Below, one piece after another: positions 14,020 to 27,735 of a stretch of DNA of 64,000 nucleotides. The stretch is from Octopus vulgaris (Eukaryota). The DNA lies in assembly GCA_951406725.2 (NCBI GenBank), contig OX597814.1, forward strand, positions 42,160,001 through 42,224,000, given 5' to 3'. Numbering within the stretch: the stretch's first letter is position 1; the number at the start of each line of letters is the position of its first letter. The position numbers were made by a program, and so were the translations under genes. The notes below the pieces were generated by a model that worked only from the letters and a program-made list of their open reading frames with translations, was not told where the DNA came from and made no database searches.

Positions 14020-14140
14020 TGTCACAGCCTCATGAGTTTAGACCTCAAATTAAGTATTAGCTGTGTACTGGAGACACTCTAATCCACTGGCCCCCTCTCC
14101 AGAAATTTCGGGTCATGTGCCTAGAGTATAAAAGATTATT
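14020..14140 (+). mobile_element. SINE family B (Nin/Deu-domain), 3' portion
   Basis: aaattaagtattag...ccccctctccagaaatttcgggtcatgtgcctagagtataaaagattatt is the reverse-complement match to the tail of the copy at 24192-24394. Confidence 0.65.
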
Positions 14141-14345
14141 TGCCATAATGCTTTGCAAAAACATGCATAGGTCATTAAGATCCGCATTTCCGCATATATG
14201 TGTGAGGACGTTTGTATGTGTGCGTTTATGTTTGTTTCTCATAATTGTATATTTCAACGCATGTGTGTATGTATTTAGGCAAGCATTTATGTGTAAATAC
14301 ATGTATGTTTGTATATATGTATGCATGCACCGAATCAATCTCTCC

Positions 14346-14380
<35 letters not shown>

Positions 14381-14410
14381 ATCTCTCTCTCTCTCTCTCT
14401 CTCTCTCTTC

Positions 14411-14452
<42 letters not shown>

Positions 14453-14864
14453 GCATCCGCTTTTTAGCTCAGTTTCCAGTGCGTCTCTCCTACCAGCGTT
14501 TTGCGAATGTATAATTAAATGTGTGCTTAATTTCACATATATGTGTGTGGGCGCGTTTGTTTGTGTACAAACATATATATATATATATGCATGTATATAT
14601 CAAATTTTCTCTTACTCGTTCTCTCTTTGTTCTTTTCTGTGGAAGAGAGAGCATAGGCTCTCTTTTTGTCTTCTTTTTGTGAATTCTCGCTATATATATA
14701 TATATAAAATGAGAAAATGGAGAAGCACACCAACTTTACGTTGGTTCATCAACTTTAGGATATTAAAATGTTGACTAATTTAGTTATCAAATCGACAACC
14801 ATGATAAAATACATACCTATAATATATTATTCAATGCATATAAGATAAGAAAACAATTAGTTAA

Positions 14865-14915
<51 letters not shown>

Positions 14916-15084
14916 TGTGTGTGTGTAAATATATATGTACATACATAAATACTTACATACATACCTATATAGAATATACAGACACCTATACAGGAAAAGA
15001 AAGACAAAACGTATAACAGTTATAGATACTGCTAGAAGTGTACAGATTAAGAGTGGATTAATGCTAAAATATGACATCATAAGG

Positions 15085-15265
15085 TTATCCAGTGCAACTA
15101 GACATGGGGCATGAGAGAAAGTAGAAGTCCTTCGAAAACGAAGGGAGAGAGAAGATATGCAGTTCAGCTATAGTGGAATGAAATGAGTACAACAATAGGA
15201 AGGGGAGGGAAGTTCGGATTATATTACGAATATCATCACAGTTATCTATTGACAGATAATAGGAG
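15085..15265 (+). mobile_element. Possible RTE-clade LINE endonuclease fragment
   Basis: Weak ordered remnants TRHG (~ETRW), FSYSG (~KLFYSG), a GGxGI-like stretch and DR; purine-rich strand bias. Frameshifted. Confidence 0.25.
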
Positions 15266-15359
15266 ACACAAAGAAACTGATAATTATATAAATATCGAAA
15301 TATGAACACAAAAACACGTGCATAAATGCACGTGTGTGTGTATGTATATATATATATAC

Positions 15360-15394
<35 letters not shown>

Positions 15395-15502
15395 AATATA
15401 TATATATATATACGTTATATATATATATATACATTATATATATATATACTTTTCATTCTCACTTTCTTTCTTTTCTCTCTCTTTCTCCCTCTCTTTGCAT
15501 CG

Positions 15503-15536
<34 letters not shown>

Positions 15537-15597
15537 TTATATATATATATATAGAATGGTTGTATACTGTCAATATTTCTCTCTCTTCATACATACA

Positions 15598-15667
<70 letters not shown>

Positions 15668-16579
15668 GGTAGGTAGGTAATTAGATAGGCCTGTATGTAG
15701 GAAGATCAATCGATCAATAGATAGATAGGTAGGTAGATAGGTGTGATGTCGTGATATAACTTAATCTAAGTTAGTTTTTGGCGAAGCCCATTTCATGTGG
15801 TCACATCCTGAAGTTTGCCCGTATATTGGTTACGATACAGACATGCAAGACAACCCCATTAACTGGTTGAAATCTAACGGCCCATCGCATAAATCAAGAG
15901 CAAATTACATATAAGATTTATGCCACTATTAATGGATCAAGAATGCAAGATATATTTAGTTGGAACTTGGCAGATTCATTCCAGATCGAAGGACTCCACG
16001 GTAGTGGTGAATTTCACATCAGAAATTTTCAGCGGCTGAATATATATACATAAGTTCTTGTTGGTAAATTGGAAAATACCACACACACACACACACACTC
16101 CCTCTATCTCTCTCTCTCTCTCTCTCTTTATATCAGCAGATTCTGTAGATTTTTGTTTGTCTTAAATTCACAGTGCAGTATACTATATTTTACTATACTA
16201 TAGATACATACATACAACCCCATACACACACACACACACACATACATATATATATATATGTATGTATGTATATATGCATGTATATGAAAACATATGAAAT
16301 ATTGTAAATTGCATATCATAAAGAATTTATGAATACACCACCTTGAATCATAGTCTCACTACATTGTAAATGCTTGGAAAATCTGTATTAATTATTATAG
16401 AGTTGTGACATAGCATCTAAATCCTTACACAAAAATGCTACATACTATAATTAAGGTTGGAATTCTAATGCATTTGTTAGAGTTCCTATTAACTACCAAA
16501 ATATCTTCCAAATATATCCTTCTTTCTAATCCAAAAAATAACATAGTACTTATTTAAATGAAAAAGTATTAAATACTTC

Positions 16580-16778
16580 TAGAGTCAAACAGGCTCATCG
16601 GTCCTGTGTCCAGGTTTTCGTGGCGATCCGTCGCATGTATATTCACGTTTGCTAGTTTAGAGGGCTGGAACGACGTGAAATGAAGTGTTTTGCTGAAGAA
16701 TACTACGTAACGCAGTGTCGAGGATTGGAAACCACAATCGTAAGTCCGACACCCTAACAATTAAGCCACACGCTTCCA
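16580..16778 (-). mobile_element. tRNA-derived SINE, family C (CORE-like central segment)
   Basis: Minus head GGAAGCGTGTGGCTTAATTGTTAGGGTGTCGGACT...GGTTTCCAATCC (A/B boxes), then TTCTTCAGCAAAACACTTCATTTCACGTCGTTCCAG. Homologous to 55852-55982. Confidence 0.75.
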
Positions 16779-16829
16779 CACTAAATATTTTAACATAGGG
16801 AAAATACGAAATGCTTACAGACGAAACGT

Positions 16830-17010
16830 CGAAGCGGGAACTGGCAAAATCGTTAGCACGCCGAATAAAATGCTTGCCTATTTCGTACGTCTTTTCCTGC
16901 TGCGTGTAGGTTGAATTTGTATTTCATTTATTCAGGGTCGCCAAAATAAGTAGCAATTGAGCAGGGTAATTGACTCGCCTGTTTCATCCTGAATCTTAAT
17001 CCTCGTGCAG
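16830..17010 (+). mobile_element. SINE family B (Nin/Deu-domain), degenerate
   Basis: gcgggaactggcaaaatcgttagcacgccgaataaaatgctt...tttcatttattcagggtcgccaaaataagtagc matches the head and Nin/Deu block of the 24192-24394 copy. Confidence 0.75.
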
Positions 17011-18449
17011 TTTCAGAGCCAAGCGTTTCATTAAAGGACAGCCATAACATAGATACTCGACTCAATGATAGCTTCACAGGTTTGAACCAATGTATTACTG
17101 CATCAGTGCTCTGTGATATATCAAGGAATATGATCCTATATAAATGTTATTTAAAGTAACGAAACATAATTAAACGTAGATCGTTCAAAGGGAACATGGC
17201 TCTTCAAACCGTTTTTGATTTCTTGTAGTTATTTACTTTCAAAAACGTACGCACGTTTGAGAAGTTTCTTGATATGTTTATAGTTGAAAGATGAATAGAA
17301 GCCCAAGCAGTCACACACACACATACACACACACACACACACACACTCACACACAAACACACGCACGCGCGCACATATATAGACATTTAGTAAAACACTA
17401 CGCATGTATTGACATACACATATAATTACACCAAGAAACTTGAATGAATGTGCGTATTAATATGTGTGTAGTATATTGGTGCGTATGGACAGGCAGTATG
17501 CCAATATGATGCTATAATAAATAGAAGAAGGCAAATACATTTTTTAGAGCTTCATGAATTATATCATCTTTCTGTTGGCAGATATTAATTATAGTTTCAC
17601 GCTTATATGACATTAATCCCCCCTTTTTTTATCCGTTTTGAAGAACCGTTGAAACTTTCTTCTTATTATATTGCGAGCTATTATTTTATTGTTGCAAAGA
17701 AATGATATAATTCACCATAAATGTCTCTTATATCAAAGAAGTGATACATCAAGTGGTAAGTTTAAATGGCATCTATTTTCTACTTGTATTGTCTTTCTAT
17801 TACAAAATCATATAGATTACGAATTAAAATTGATATCACAGAACGGCTAGAGAAGTAATCCGTTTCTTAGTTTATAAGAATATAGTTGTGCATAATGCAT
17901 GTATGTGTGTAAATGTATACACGCATACACACACATGCACACATAGACACATATATAGATATATGCACACATAATAACATACACGTTATGTTAGTGTGTA
18001 CGTATGTATTTATGCATTAGTGTATGTGTGCTTCTACGTAAAAGATGTTTGAAATAGAAGGAGGCTTAGATTTTGTTTAGATTGTATTTACACCGGTCAC
18101 ATGCTACAGAGCAAGGGTGTGAACAAAATGGTTTCCTTAGAAAAAGGTGTTCTCTGCGCAAACACCAATCCTTTTAAGAAGGTTATTGTGAGTTTTAAAC
18201 ATATTGATACGTTAATCATCCGCCCCCTACGAATTACGGAGCTATACAGTTTTCTGAAAATATATGCTCCGCCAACGTTTGACCTTTAGATCACAATAAA
18301 TTTTCTTTGTTTGTCGTTGATTTGACTTTTTGTATAATACACAAAGATGTGATAGCTTTTACATTACATTGGCAATACATCGAGCTTAGCTCTTCATGGT
18401 TGACAATGATATACCATTTACTCGTTTTCATAAGTATAGCCTACAACTA

Positions 18450-18471
18450 AGGCGGCGAGCTGGCTGAATCC
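18450..18471 (+). mobile_element. Isolated 5' head fragment of SINE family B
   Basis: aggcggcgagctggctgaatc matches the family B head GCGGTGAGCTGGCAGAA. Confidence 0.45.
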
Positions 18472-18691
18472 TTGGCCTGCAACATTTTTAGTTTCTTTTC
18501 ACATTTCCTGTGTCCTTGGGATTCTTGTTCTTTTTTTCGTACAGTTATTAATCGTGTATAGACAGTTACAGATGATACTTTATTCGTTGAGACACATTAA
18601 TTTTCGGAACGTCTGTATTATTGTCACTTCCCTTTTACACGAAACGTTAGTAATCTGCATTTAGTATTGAACCATTTCTATAGTTAATAGC

Positions 18692-18724
<33 letters not shown>

Positions 18725-19619
18725 CGCATATACACACACACACATATACATACACACACATATATACGCGTGACTGAGTGTGTGTAATTATATAATCCTG
18801 CATTTTTATTAATATACTATTGCACATATGTATAGCAAAATGGAAGGTAGCAAGCCAAAATATGTTCACAACAACAATTGTTACTTTCACGCTCCTGGGA
18901 ATAAAAAAAAATCAGCTTTTATAGTGCTTCGTGTGATGATTTAAGCAGAATGACAGAAGAACGAAAAAGTAAATTAATGCAATCACGGCGAAAAATCACC
19001 TGAAGTTGATTATAGTAATAATTTGATGGTTAAAAAATGGGACATGTTTAGAAGGGTTGTAAAGAAAAGAAGCGGCGGGTGTCAGTGTGCGTGTTAGTTT
19101 TTCGGTGTGCGTGTATGTGTTTTAATGTGTGCGAGCATGTATCTATATGTGTGTAACATATTGAAGTGTAATTTTCAGTGCACGTGGTCATGAGTGTGTT
19201 GTGTGTTTTTGTTTGTTTGTAACTCTGCGCTTGTTTTTGTGCACACCCGTATAGGAAGAGGCATCTTCCTATACGAATGTGGCAAATGCGTACGTATGTG
19301 TGTGGATTAATTTGTCTTTCATAAATTAATGTGTATATGTCTCTACGTGGCTTCGTGTGTATAATATCAATATTCACAAGTTATGTGTCGTATGGTGTGT
19401 GTATGTGTTTGTGTAAATGCGTGTGTGTTTTTATGCGTGCACGTGGATGTATAGCGTGTGCGTAAGTACGAAGTGTGTTTGCAGGCGAGGGTGGTTTTAC
19501 CAGACGACGAGGTTATATTAAAAGGTAGGATATTAAGATGTAGTGAAATGCCTTTATGCCCGTACATGTGTGTGCGTAAGTGTGTGCAGTGTGTGTTGGA
19601 AGATGTATTAGATGTGAAA

Positions 19620-19860
19620 GCTTTGGATGGCTGCACATATTACGGACACGCTTTAATGAGGTTAGCGGGAGAAGAGACGTTGAGAGTGATAGGTTTTCAC
19701 ATAATCGGGTAGAATGCGTGCAGAACCTTAGAGTGGATGAGTGAAAGAGAGAGAAAAGGGATGCAGTTGGAATGGATAGGGTGCAGGAAAATTTACACAT
19801 CTGTGGTCTAAGTGGTGTACAAAGGTGAGAGTGGCTTGGAATCGGGTGGGTTTATACTCA
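19620..19860 (-). mobile_element. Decayed Penelope-like RT C-terminal fragment
   Basis: Minus-strand remnants in the expected order: YKPT(+1)DS, HPIHSNCIPF (~HPxHxKNSIPFSQ), LRFCT (~LRRLCS), TSLKRVRNM. Frameshifted. Confidence 0.4.
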
Positions 19861-20851
19861 TTGAATAAAGCGATTGACCATGTAATGTGTCTGAAAGTCG
19901 TATTCGCATCAGTGCAGACAAAAGAGACGGAAGAATGGAGAGCAAAGCTAGGCTTGCTTGGAGTGGGCTAGGTGTGGACTAGCTTGACATGACTTAGAAT
20001 CGCAGTTATTGCATTATATAAAGCATTATATTACGCAAATGCTGTGACACGTTATACATACATGCGTTTGTATGTATATATGTATACATATGTTATGTTC
20101 TGTAACGCATAATGCACAAGGTCATTTTTGTTCCTTGCTACATTATTCATATTCCTTAATTTCTATACTCAAACACTTGTTATTAGAACATTCAAGACAT
20201 CAAATAATCATTTTAAACTAAGTTTTAGTTCATTCAAGTATTTACAAAAGAAAATTTTTATGTTAAATTATGTTAATTCGGCAGATTTTTTTACCAGAGC
20301 CAGGAGATTTTAAGCCCGTGATAAATGTCACAAAGAAACAGTGTAACTATTTCCTACTTCACTCTATTTTAGAACATACTTCTGTTGTTTCGGATATCCA
20401 TTGATGCTCATTCAAATTATTTTATACTGGAATAGTTTAGTTACATTTCCATATAACTATGTTATTGCCACATTTCTTCATTCCGCGACAGTACATTGAC
20501 ATGTAACATGTTGGTATTCCTTAATACCGTAAAAATATTTTATGGAAACATAACGAATTTTACCAGACGAATAAAATATCCAACATGGAAAATGCAAGTA
20601 TATGTTATATAAGAAACTAATGAAACAACTGACTTTACAAAAATGAATAGTAAAAAATATATTCCAAACTACACAGTATTTATTCAATTGTGTTAGGTAC
20701 TCAGAATTTTTCTCAGAGCTTCATTATCATAAGAATGGAAACGTTTTAGTTAACACTGATGGCGAAGATTCTCAAAATGTTCACTCTTCCAAATTGTCGA
20801 TATCTAAGAGATTATTTACCACAAATAAGTACTAAAATTATTTTTATTTGG

Positions 20852-21021
20852 AAGGCGACGACTTGCCAGCATAGTTATGGCATTGGGTAAAATGTTTAGC
20901 GGCATTTCTTCGAACTTTACACTCCTATTTCAAATCCCACTGGGGTCGACTTTAATTTTCAGCGCTTTCGGTGTGGAGAAAGAAAAATTACCAGTGGTGA
21001 ACTGGAGACGACGTAATTGAA
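20852..21021 (+). mobile_element. SINE family B (Nin/Deu-domain), degenerate
   Basis: aaggcgacgacttgccag...aaaatgtttagcggcatttc...ttcaaatcccactggggtcgacttt...ctttcggtg...attaccagt. Confidence 0.75.
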
Positions 21022-21720
21022 ATCAATATTATACTCGTGAGGTTGATATTAGAAGACCCTGTCTTCAGTAAATTTGAATTTCAGAATATCCAGATTCTTT
21101 TTTCTTAAAATATCAGAAATATCTTTCATCGTCAAACATTTTCCATGAGAAAAAAATTCTAGCATTCAAGTTAAGTTCCCTGTAGAAATGTGCATAAGTT
21201 ATTTTCACTTAACTTGTATTTCAGTTGCCATACTAAAGGGCTACCATCGCGTTTTGAATCTTTAAATTAATATATTACGTTAATTTGCTGCGACGGATTA
21301 GCTCAATAGAAATTAAACAATGGCATGGCATGGAGATATTGTTGAAGTAAACAATAATGGATATTAGAATGCGAAACATGATAAGTGTTTCCTTAAATAG
21401 ATTTAATAAGAACCGGTTAATAAAAAAAGCAACGTGTAGATTTAATTAACATTGAGATTACATATATGTGCATATGCGTGCGAGGTTTTATGCGTGCATG
21501 GGAAAGCATTGTGCGTGCGTGTGTGATCTGTTAGAATTCATTATTCAAAAAGTGATACAGAATATACGATAGAGAACTGAATGATTTTACACTTCAAGCG
21601 TATGCACTTAAGAGAGCACAAATATATTGACTTCATGGAACTATCATTAGATGTTTCCGGTTAGATTCTGGATAATCTTTTCCATTGCGTTCTGGAGTAA
21701 TATATAAATATATCCTCTGT

Positions 21721-21934
21721 CTTTTGTCTTTTACTTGTTTCAGTTATTAGACTGCAGACATGCAGAAATTTTAGTCGCTTATTCTATCAGTCTCTTTTGG
21801 CGAACCGCTACGATTAAGGGACGTAAAGACATCCGCACCAGTTGTAAAGCGGTGATGGTGGGACAAACACAGACATAAACGCAGATACACACACACAAAC
21901 ACACACATAAATACATACACACATATATATATAC

Positions 21935-22007
<73 letters not shown>

Positions 22008-22112
22008 GGAGTAAACACATAAATGTGAAACAAGGTGGAAAAAAGAGTACTCAAATACCAGTGGTAGAGTAATATGCTTTATTTTGTTGAATTTTCTGCT
22101 GCTTAAAATAAA

Positions 22113-22186
<74 letters not shown>

Positions 22187-22296
22187 CCCATAAGCTATAG
22201 CAGAATGCACTTGCTGAAGATGCCACGCAGTGGGACTGAAACCGGTACCATGTGGTATGACAGCAAGCTTCTTACAACACTGCTACTCTTTCACCT
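21721..22296 (-). mobile_element. SINE family A with a foreign insert of about 107 bp inside its (TA)n tract and an internal deletion
   Basis: Tail cttttacttgtttcagttattagactgc; body gcgaaccgcta...ggacgtaaagaca...ggttg/agttgt...gggacaaacacagac; head aagatgccacgcagtgggactgaaaccggtaccatgtgg. Non-SINE sequence at 22006-22112 lies between two (TA)n runs. Confidence 0.85.
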
Positions 22297-24153
22297 ACAT
22301 CTATGTATATGTTTGTGTGTGTATGTGTTTGTGTGTAATTCTACTACGTGTAACGATTATATAATCATATATTTACATAATATAGAAAATATATTTAGAA
22401 CAAGTTTGAAGCATCATGGAAATTTTTTGTCTCACATCATACTAACCCGTATTGCTTATAAGCTCCAACAACCCAGTGATATGATTCAGTAGAGAAATAA
22501 ACGGATACTTCTTCTTTACACAATATTATTGTTGTTGTGATAAACTGACAATGACGTTCTCTTTGTGGTGCATAAGAATTTAATATAACTATATATGTGT
22601 GTGTTTGTGCGTGTATGTATAGACCGTAACCAATAATAATCAGCAAAACATGATACATTGGAATTAACACGAAAAGACCGTTCAAATAACCACCACTCTC
22701 TTTTGTGGTTGCCCATTGAATGGAATCTGTACGGAAATAAAAATTCGTACTAACCAAGTGTACACACCGGTTGCTATTTCTGAATATTTAAATAGCTGTG
22801 AATGTTGGGTTCATTTATTCTCTTAAACCTATAGTTTACATAATTATAATCAGTAACAGACATCGCAAACAGATTTGTGTACGCATACTAGAATGAATGT
22901 TGAAATGTTACCAAGGGGAACAAAAACGATGTATAGAATATCCGTCGGTAACAGCATGGTTTCTATTGAAATTAGAGTGCTTATAACGTAGAGGCACGGT
23001 CAAGGAAGTTATATTTGTTATGTTCAGTTGCATTTATACAACATTAGAATAAATAAATTACATTACTGGTCATCGAAAGAAAGAAATGAAATACGATTTA
23101 TAATAACTATGCTAATACAACTGTCTCCTTTTTCTGTTTTCATCATTATTGCATTGTTTGTACATGAATTAATAATAAGGAGGGTATTGAAATCTAATAA
23201 GCAAACCTTTTGAAATGCCAGAACTCACAAAATACCATAACAACCATATTGTTGTCTAAAATCTATTATTATCGCATTCTTAGTGGACTTATGGGTTTTT
23301 TTTTAATTATTTGACCGAGGAGCATTAACTGATATTATTAATTTATACGATTTTGTTGCATCGGAGGCCTGAATCTAACGCTTTTTATCGACCACTTTGT
23401 ATTTAGGACAACGTTTCAAATATTAATAATCTGCATTTTACAGTTTATGTCACCTAATGACCGCAGAGTTCCACCACTATGAATTTTTAATACTATTGAT
23501 AAAACGAAGAAAATATACATAAAAATGCTGAACGAACTCGTATATACCACATTGTTTACATTGGATCGCTAACAGAAATTATTGATCAGGTCAAATGCAT
23601 AACACGTCATCTTTTCTTTTTTCCTTGATTTTCTCTTTATTTCTTTGTGTCGGATATAATTCATCATTATTTTATCGTTGTTCCTTCTACACAATCGCCA
23701 ACATGCTATGTTTCGTACATATATAAAACACGAGGTATGTTGCGAACACTTCAGCGCGCATGCGTATACATGTAAGCACATGTGTACACAGCCCTAATGC
23801 ATGTAGTTTTGCACACTCTGAACAACTAACGAAACTTTACTCGTCCTTTTATTCTGCTTGAAATAACTGCAACATTCCCATCAAACGTCACTCTACAAAA
23901 TAGATAATTTAGTCATGGATACAATACAACTAAATAACAGAAGGGAATTTTACGATATAAATGCCATCGATAATGAGTTGGGTTAAGCAACGTGGCCACT
24001 CTGTTATTCTAATTTAATTTCACGTGCTATAAAACAGAAATAATTACACAACTAATTCTCAACAGAATTATGACACATTTTATTTTCTTTCAGCTATTCT
24101 AATGCATTTCTATTGCTCTAACATCGATGTTATGAATGTATAAATATATAATT

Positions 24154-25310
24154 AGGAGGGATGTACAGAAAATAGTGCAAAATGCACATATATTCTTTTC
24201 TACAATTTTCTACTCTAGACACCAAACCCGAAATTTTGTGGGGAAGAGACCAGTCATTTACTTAATTTATAGACCCCGAAAGGATGAAAGACAAAGTCGA
24301 CCTCGGTGGAATTAGAACTCAGTACGTAAATACAGACAAAATGCCGCTAAGCATTTCGCCCGGCGTGCTAAAATTTCTGCCAGCTCACCGCTTTAAAATG
24401 CACATATTTTAACTGGCATACTGCCGGTGAAATGTACATGTTAGGAGAGCAAGTATTTCTCTGTAGTATATTTTCTTAATGGCTTCAAAACAGAAGTGTT
24501 ATGCCATCCTTGAGCTCTTCACCACGTATGTGGGAAATTCTCCAACAAACAAAAACGGCTGAAGGTCGTTTACGAAGAGAAAACCCAAAGAAATTGTAAT
24601 GCGCGCATTTGGTTGAAATTGTTTACAAAAGGAGAAACCAAGGAATGGGAGACAAAACTGTGGAATCAATAAGAGAATCGCACCGAGTCGACCAATTCAT
24701 TTTCTCGCGTAGACGAGTTACAGATGAGCTGGGTGCACAACTGGAGTGTAGTCGCAATGCACGAAAGAAGGCGGGGAAAACTTTGGGTGCAGGAAGGTGT
24801 GTGCAAATTGACACTTAATTTGAAGAAGAAAAAGGTGGAATCTAGGCTTATGTATTGAAAACTTTTAACTCCAAGGACGACCCATTTTTTTCCCGTTCTG
24901 ATAACAGACGTGAAACATGGGCTCAGGAGAACGGAACCAAAAAAGAATTTGAAGATCTATATTCACTAACACAATGAGCAACCATATAAAAATTTGGTAA
25001 CAAGTGCAGCTTCTGCAAATTAAGATGGTTATAGTGTTCCCCCCATCTAACGTATAACAGTTACTTTGTAACACTCAAGAAGTAAAGTTTGCTGCGAAGA
25101 AATTTATACAAATTATAGCTGAACTTTTTTGACCGAGATTTGAGAGTTGGTTTCAGTGATGGCGCAAATGCACTACTTGCGAAGAATACTACGTTGAATA
25201 TTACTTATTATGGATGAAGTATGACTCTAACAACATGTGCAATGTTAAGGACTTACATCGAACAATAAAGAAGTAATGCCCTCTTCTTCATTACTTATAA
25301 TATAACTCTA
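24154..25310 (+). mobile_element. Decayed mariner (DD34D) transposon
   Basis: Remnants in order: KRLKVVYEE, HRVDQFIFSRRRVTDELGAQL, GCRKVCAN (~LGYRKVCARWVP), RRETWAQ (~TGDETW), VFPHLTYN (~LPHPPYSPDL), WRKC...EYYVE. Left end taggagggatgtacagaaaatagtgca resembles a TACGAGGG-type TIR. Confidence 0.7.
24192..24394 (-). mobile_element. SINE family B (Nin/Deu-domain) with 13-bp TSD, nested in the mariner 5' end
   Basis: Head GCGGTGAGCTGGCAGAAATTTTAGCACGCCGGGCGAAATGCTTAGCGG; B box GAGTTCTAATTCC; Nin/Deu block GAGGTCGACTTTGTCTTTCATCCTTTCGGGGTC. TSD aaaatgcacatat at 24179-24191 and 24395-24407. Confidence 0.92.
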
Positions 25311-25509
25311 CAATTTCCGAATGAAGCTAAATAAGAATAACCATATTTCTAAATATAGATTCAATATTTACAATTCATAGTTACTAGAAGCCGTAAATAT
25401 ATTATATTTTGATAGCCAACAGTCTTCTCTCTGTGTCTTTATCTCTTCCTCTCTCTCATTCATTCTGACACACACACATATATATATACATATACGTACA
25501 TATATATAT

Positions 25510-25562
<53 letters not shown>

Positions 25563-26977
25563 CATGTATATATATACATATATATATACGTGTGTATATT
25601 TATAAATACTTATATACATGCATATATACATATACATATCCGAACATGCACATTTGTATATTGAGTTGAGGTTTCTTACTGACGCTACCTACCTTTTCTG
25701 TTTTCTTTGTTCACTTTCTTTTTATGAAAAGGGATCCTGAAGACAATTCTATCAACGATAGAAAAAATTATCCGAATGCTTCAAATAATAATGGAAAAAA
25801 ATTGAAATATATTATTTTATTTAAACTTAAATGCAATAACACACGCATGCGCTCACACTGGTGTGTATGTATACATATTTGTGTATGTGTGTGTATTGTT
25901 CGAGTGTACATGCATATAACTATATTCATATACGTATACCCATGTAAGTATGTATCAACATTCATTACATAAATATATAAATATATGTGTGTGCACGTAT
26001 GTTTGTATGTATATTTATATACATATGTATATATGAGTGCGTGAGTTTGTAAGTGCGTATCTTTATATGTGTACATGCGTGTGACGATGTTGATTCCGGT
26101 TTAAGGGCGTGTGTGAAACTAACTTTTATTATACATATAAATAGTTTCATTTGAAATAAATCCGAGTAATTTTTACAGTTATGTGAAGATAAATACTCGA
26201 TTGGCCATTATAGTATTAGATTTATAAAGATTAATTCCATTATTCGCCTTCGAGTTTTACAGCTTAAATTTTGATTGGTGAAATATTTTGAATGCCAATT
26301 TCTAATATCCACGAAAGTCTGCAGACTTTTCTATTCTTACCAATTTTCTATATATTTCTTTTCATTACCTGGCTCTTCTTTCATGCCACTAATACATTAA
26401 CACATATAGCATAGCTTGATTTATATCTAAATATATCTTGCACAATTGTGCCAAATATTCCAATACAGATTTCCTAATACTTGCTGTGAGCAAAAAGTAC
26501 TAAATCATTCTATCTTACGACTGGCTATTTCTCAATCAGTTACAACCGATACAATTACAGGACTGGCACTGTTAATCGATTCAGACGTGAGGAAACGCAA
26601 TTTTATGCTGAAGGCTGTTTGAGCAAACTTGGCTGAACATCAACCGTCACATAGTCTACAGTCCTTATGAATATGTGTTTAAAATACTGATATAAAGAAT
26701 ACGTTGCGAAGAGTATTACCGTAAATAAAATTGTTTTCTCTTCATATTCTTCTCACATTATGGCGACAAAATTGATTCTTCCAATGTGTTTGAAAATATT
26801 ATCTACTGCTTATAATTATTTATTCAAAAGTGTTGCTCTAGTAAATACCACTGAATGTAACAAGTAAAGAATATATTGTTATTTCTGGAGAAATGATAAT
26901 CCAAGCTGGTATGTCCTTTGTCGTTTATATCAGGCAGTTTTTTCAGTATTTGTTTTAGAGGGATGCGTATAGCATCT

Positions 26978-27411
26978 GGATCTTTTGTGTTTGAACGGCA
27001 GTTTTTTTTAAAATAATTTCCACGTAACTAAACACTTTTAAACTTCGTATACTGGTAGAATGTGTTTATAAAACATCTTTTTCTCTTGGCTTTATTAAGA
27101 AAATTCTATAGTTTGTAAGTTATTTGTTGTTATTTTTCTTCAATTTCTGCAATTTCAACCAATCAATGACGTCTATTGAGGTGAAAACATTCTGTGCCGT
27201 ATGAATATATCCCTCGTTTAAGAAACAGATTGGGTTTATTTACATTTCTGAAGAAAAAAAGATACCCTAACCCGAGCCCTAACGCTAACCCTAACCCTAA
27301 CTCACCTTAAAACAGATTAAAATGCAATAGATCTATACTATGGTCATAATTATGGGTGACAATTTCATATGACACAGCTGTAAAAAACTGCCGTTCAAAC
27401 CGAAAAGATCC
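26978..27411. mobile_element. MITE (434 bp) with TIRs of about 30 bp, 8-bp TSD and internal (CCCTAA)n
   Basis: Left ggatcttttgtgtttgaacggcagtttttt; right aaaaaactgccgttcaaaccgaaaagatcc (2 mismatches). Flanks tagcatct (26970-26977) and aagcatct (27412-27419). ccctaacccgagccctaacgctaaccctaaccctaa at 27265-27300. Confidence 0.92.
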
Positions 27412-27665
27412 AAGCATCTGGCACGAGTACAAATAACTTGATTTTTTATTTTAATTCCATAGACGTACTAGCCACAATTTTTAAACAGAAATACTATCTA
27501 CTTCCCTCTGGAGATGTTCGATGTTCAAGAATTGCCCATATTTAGTTAAAACACGCATGTTGTGTTACGATGTGAAGTATTTGGACAAGGTTTCTGACAC
27601 AAGCCCCATCCCACGTCTCACAAAATTCTATATATATGACATATTGTTATATATATGGCATATAT

Positions 27666-27735
<70 letters not shown>

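Noticed and set aside
27265-27300. (CCCTAA)n as a chromosome end or fusion scar
   Set aside because: Short, degenerate and enclosed within MITE TIRs.
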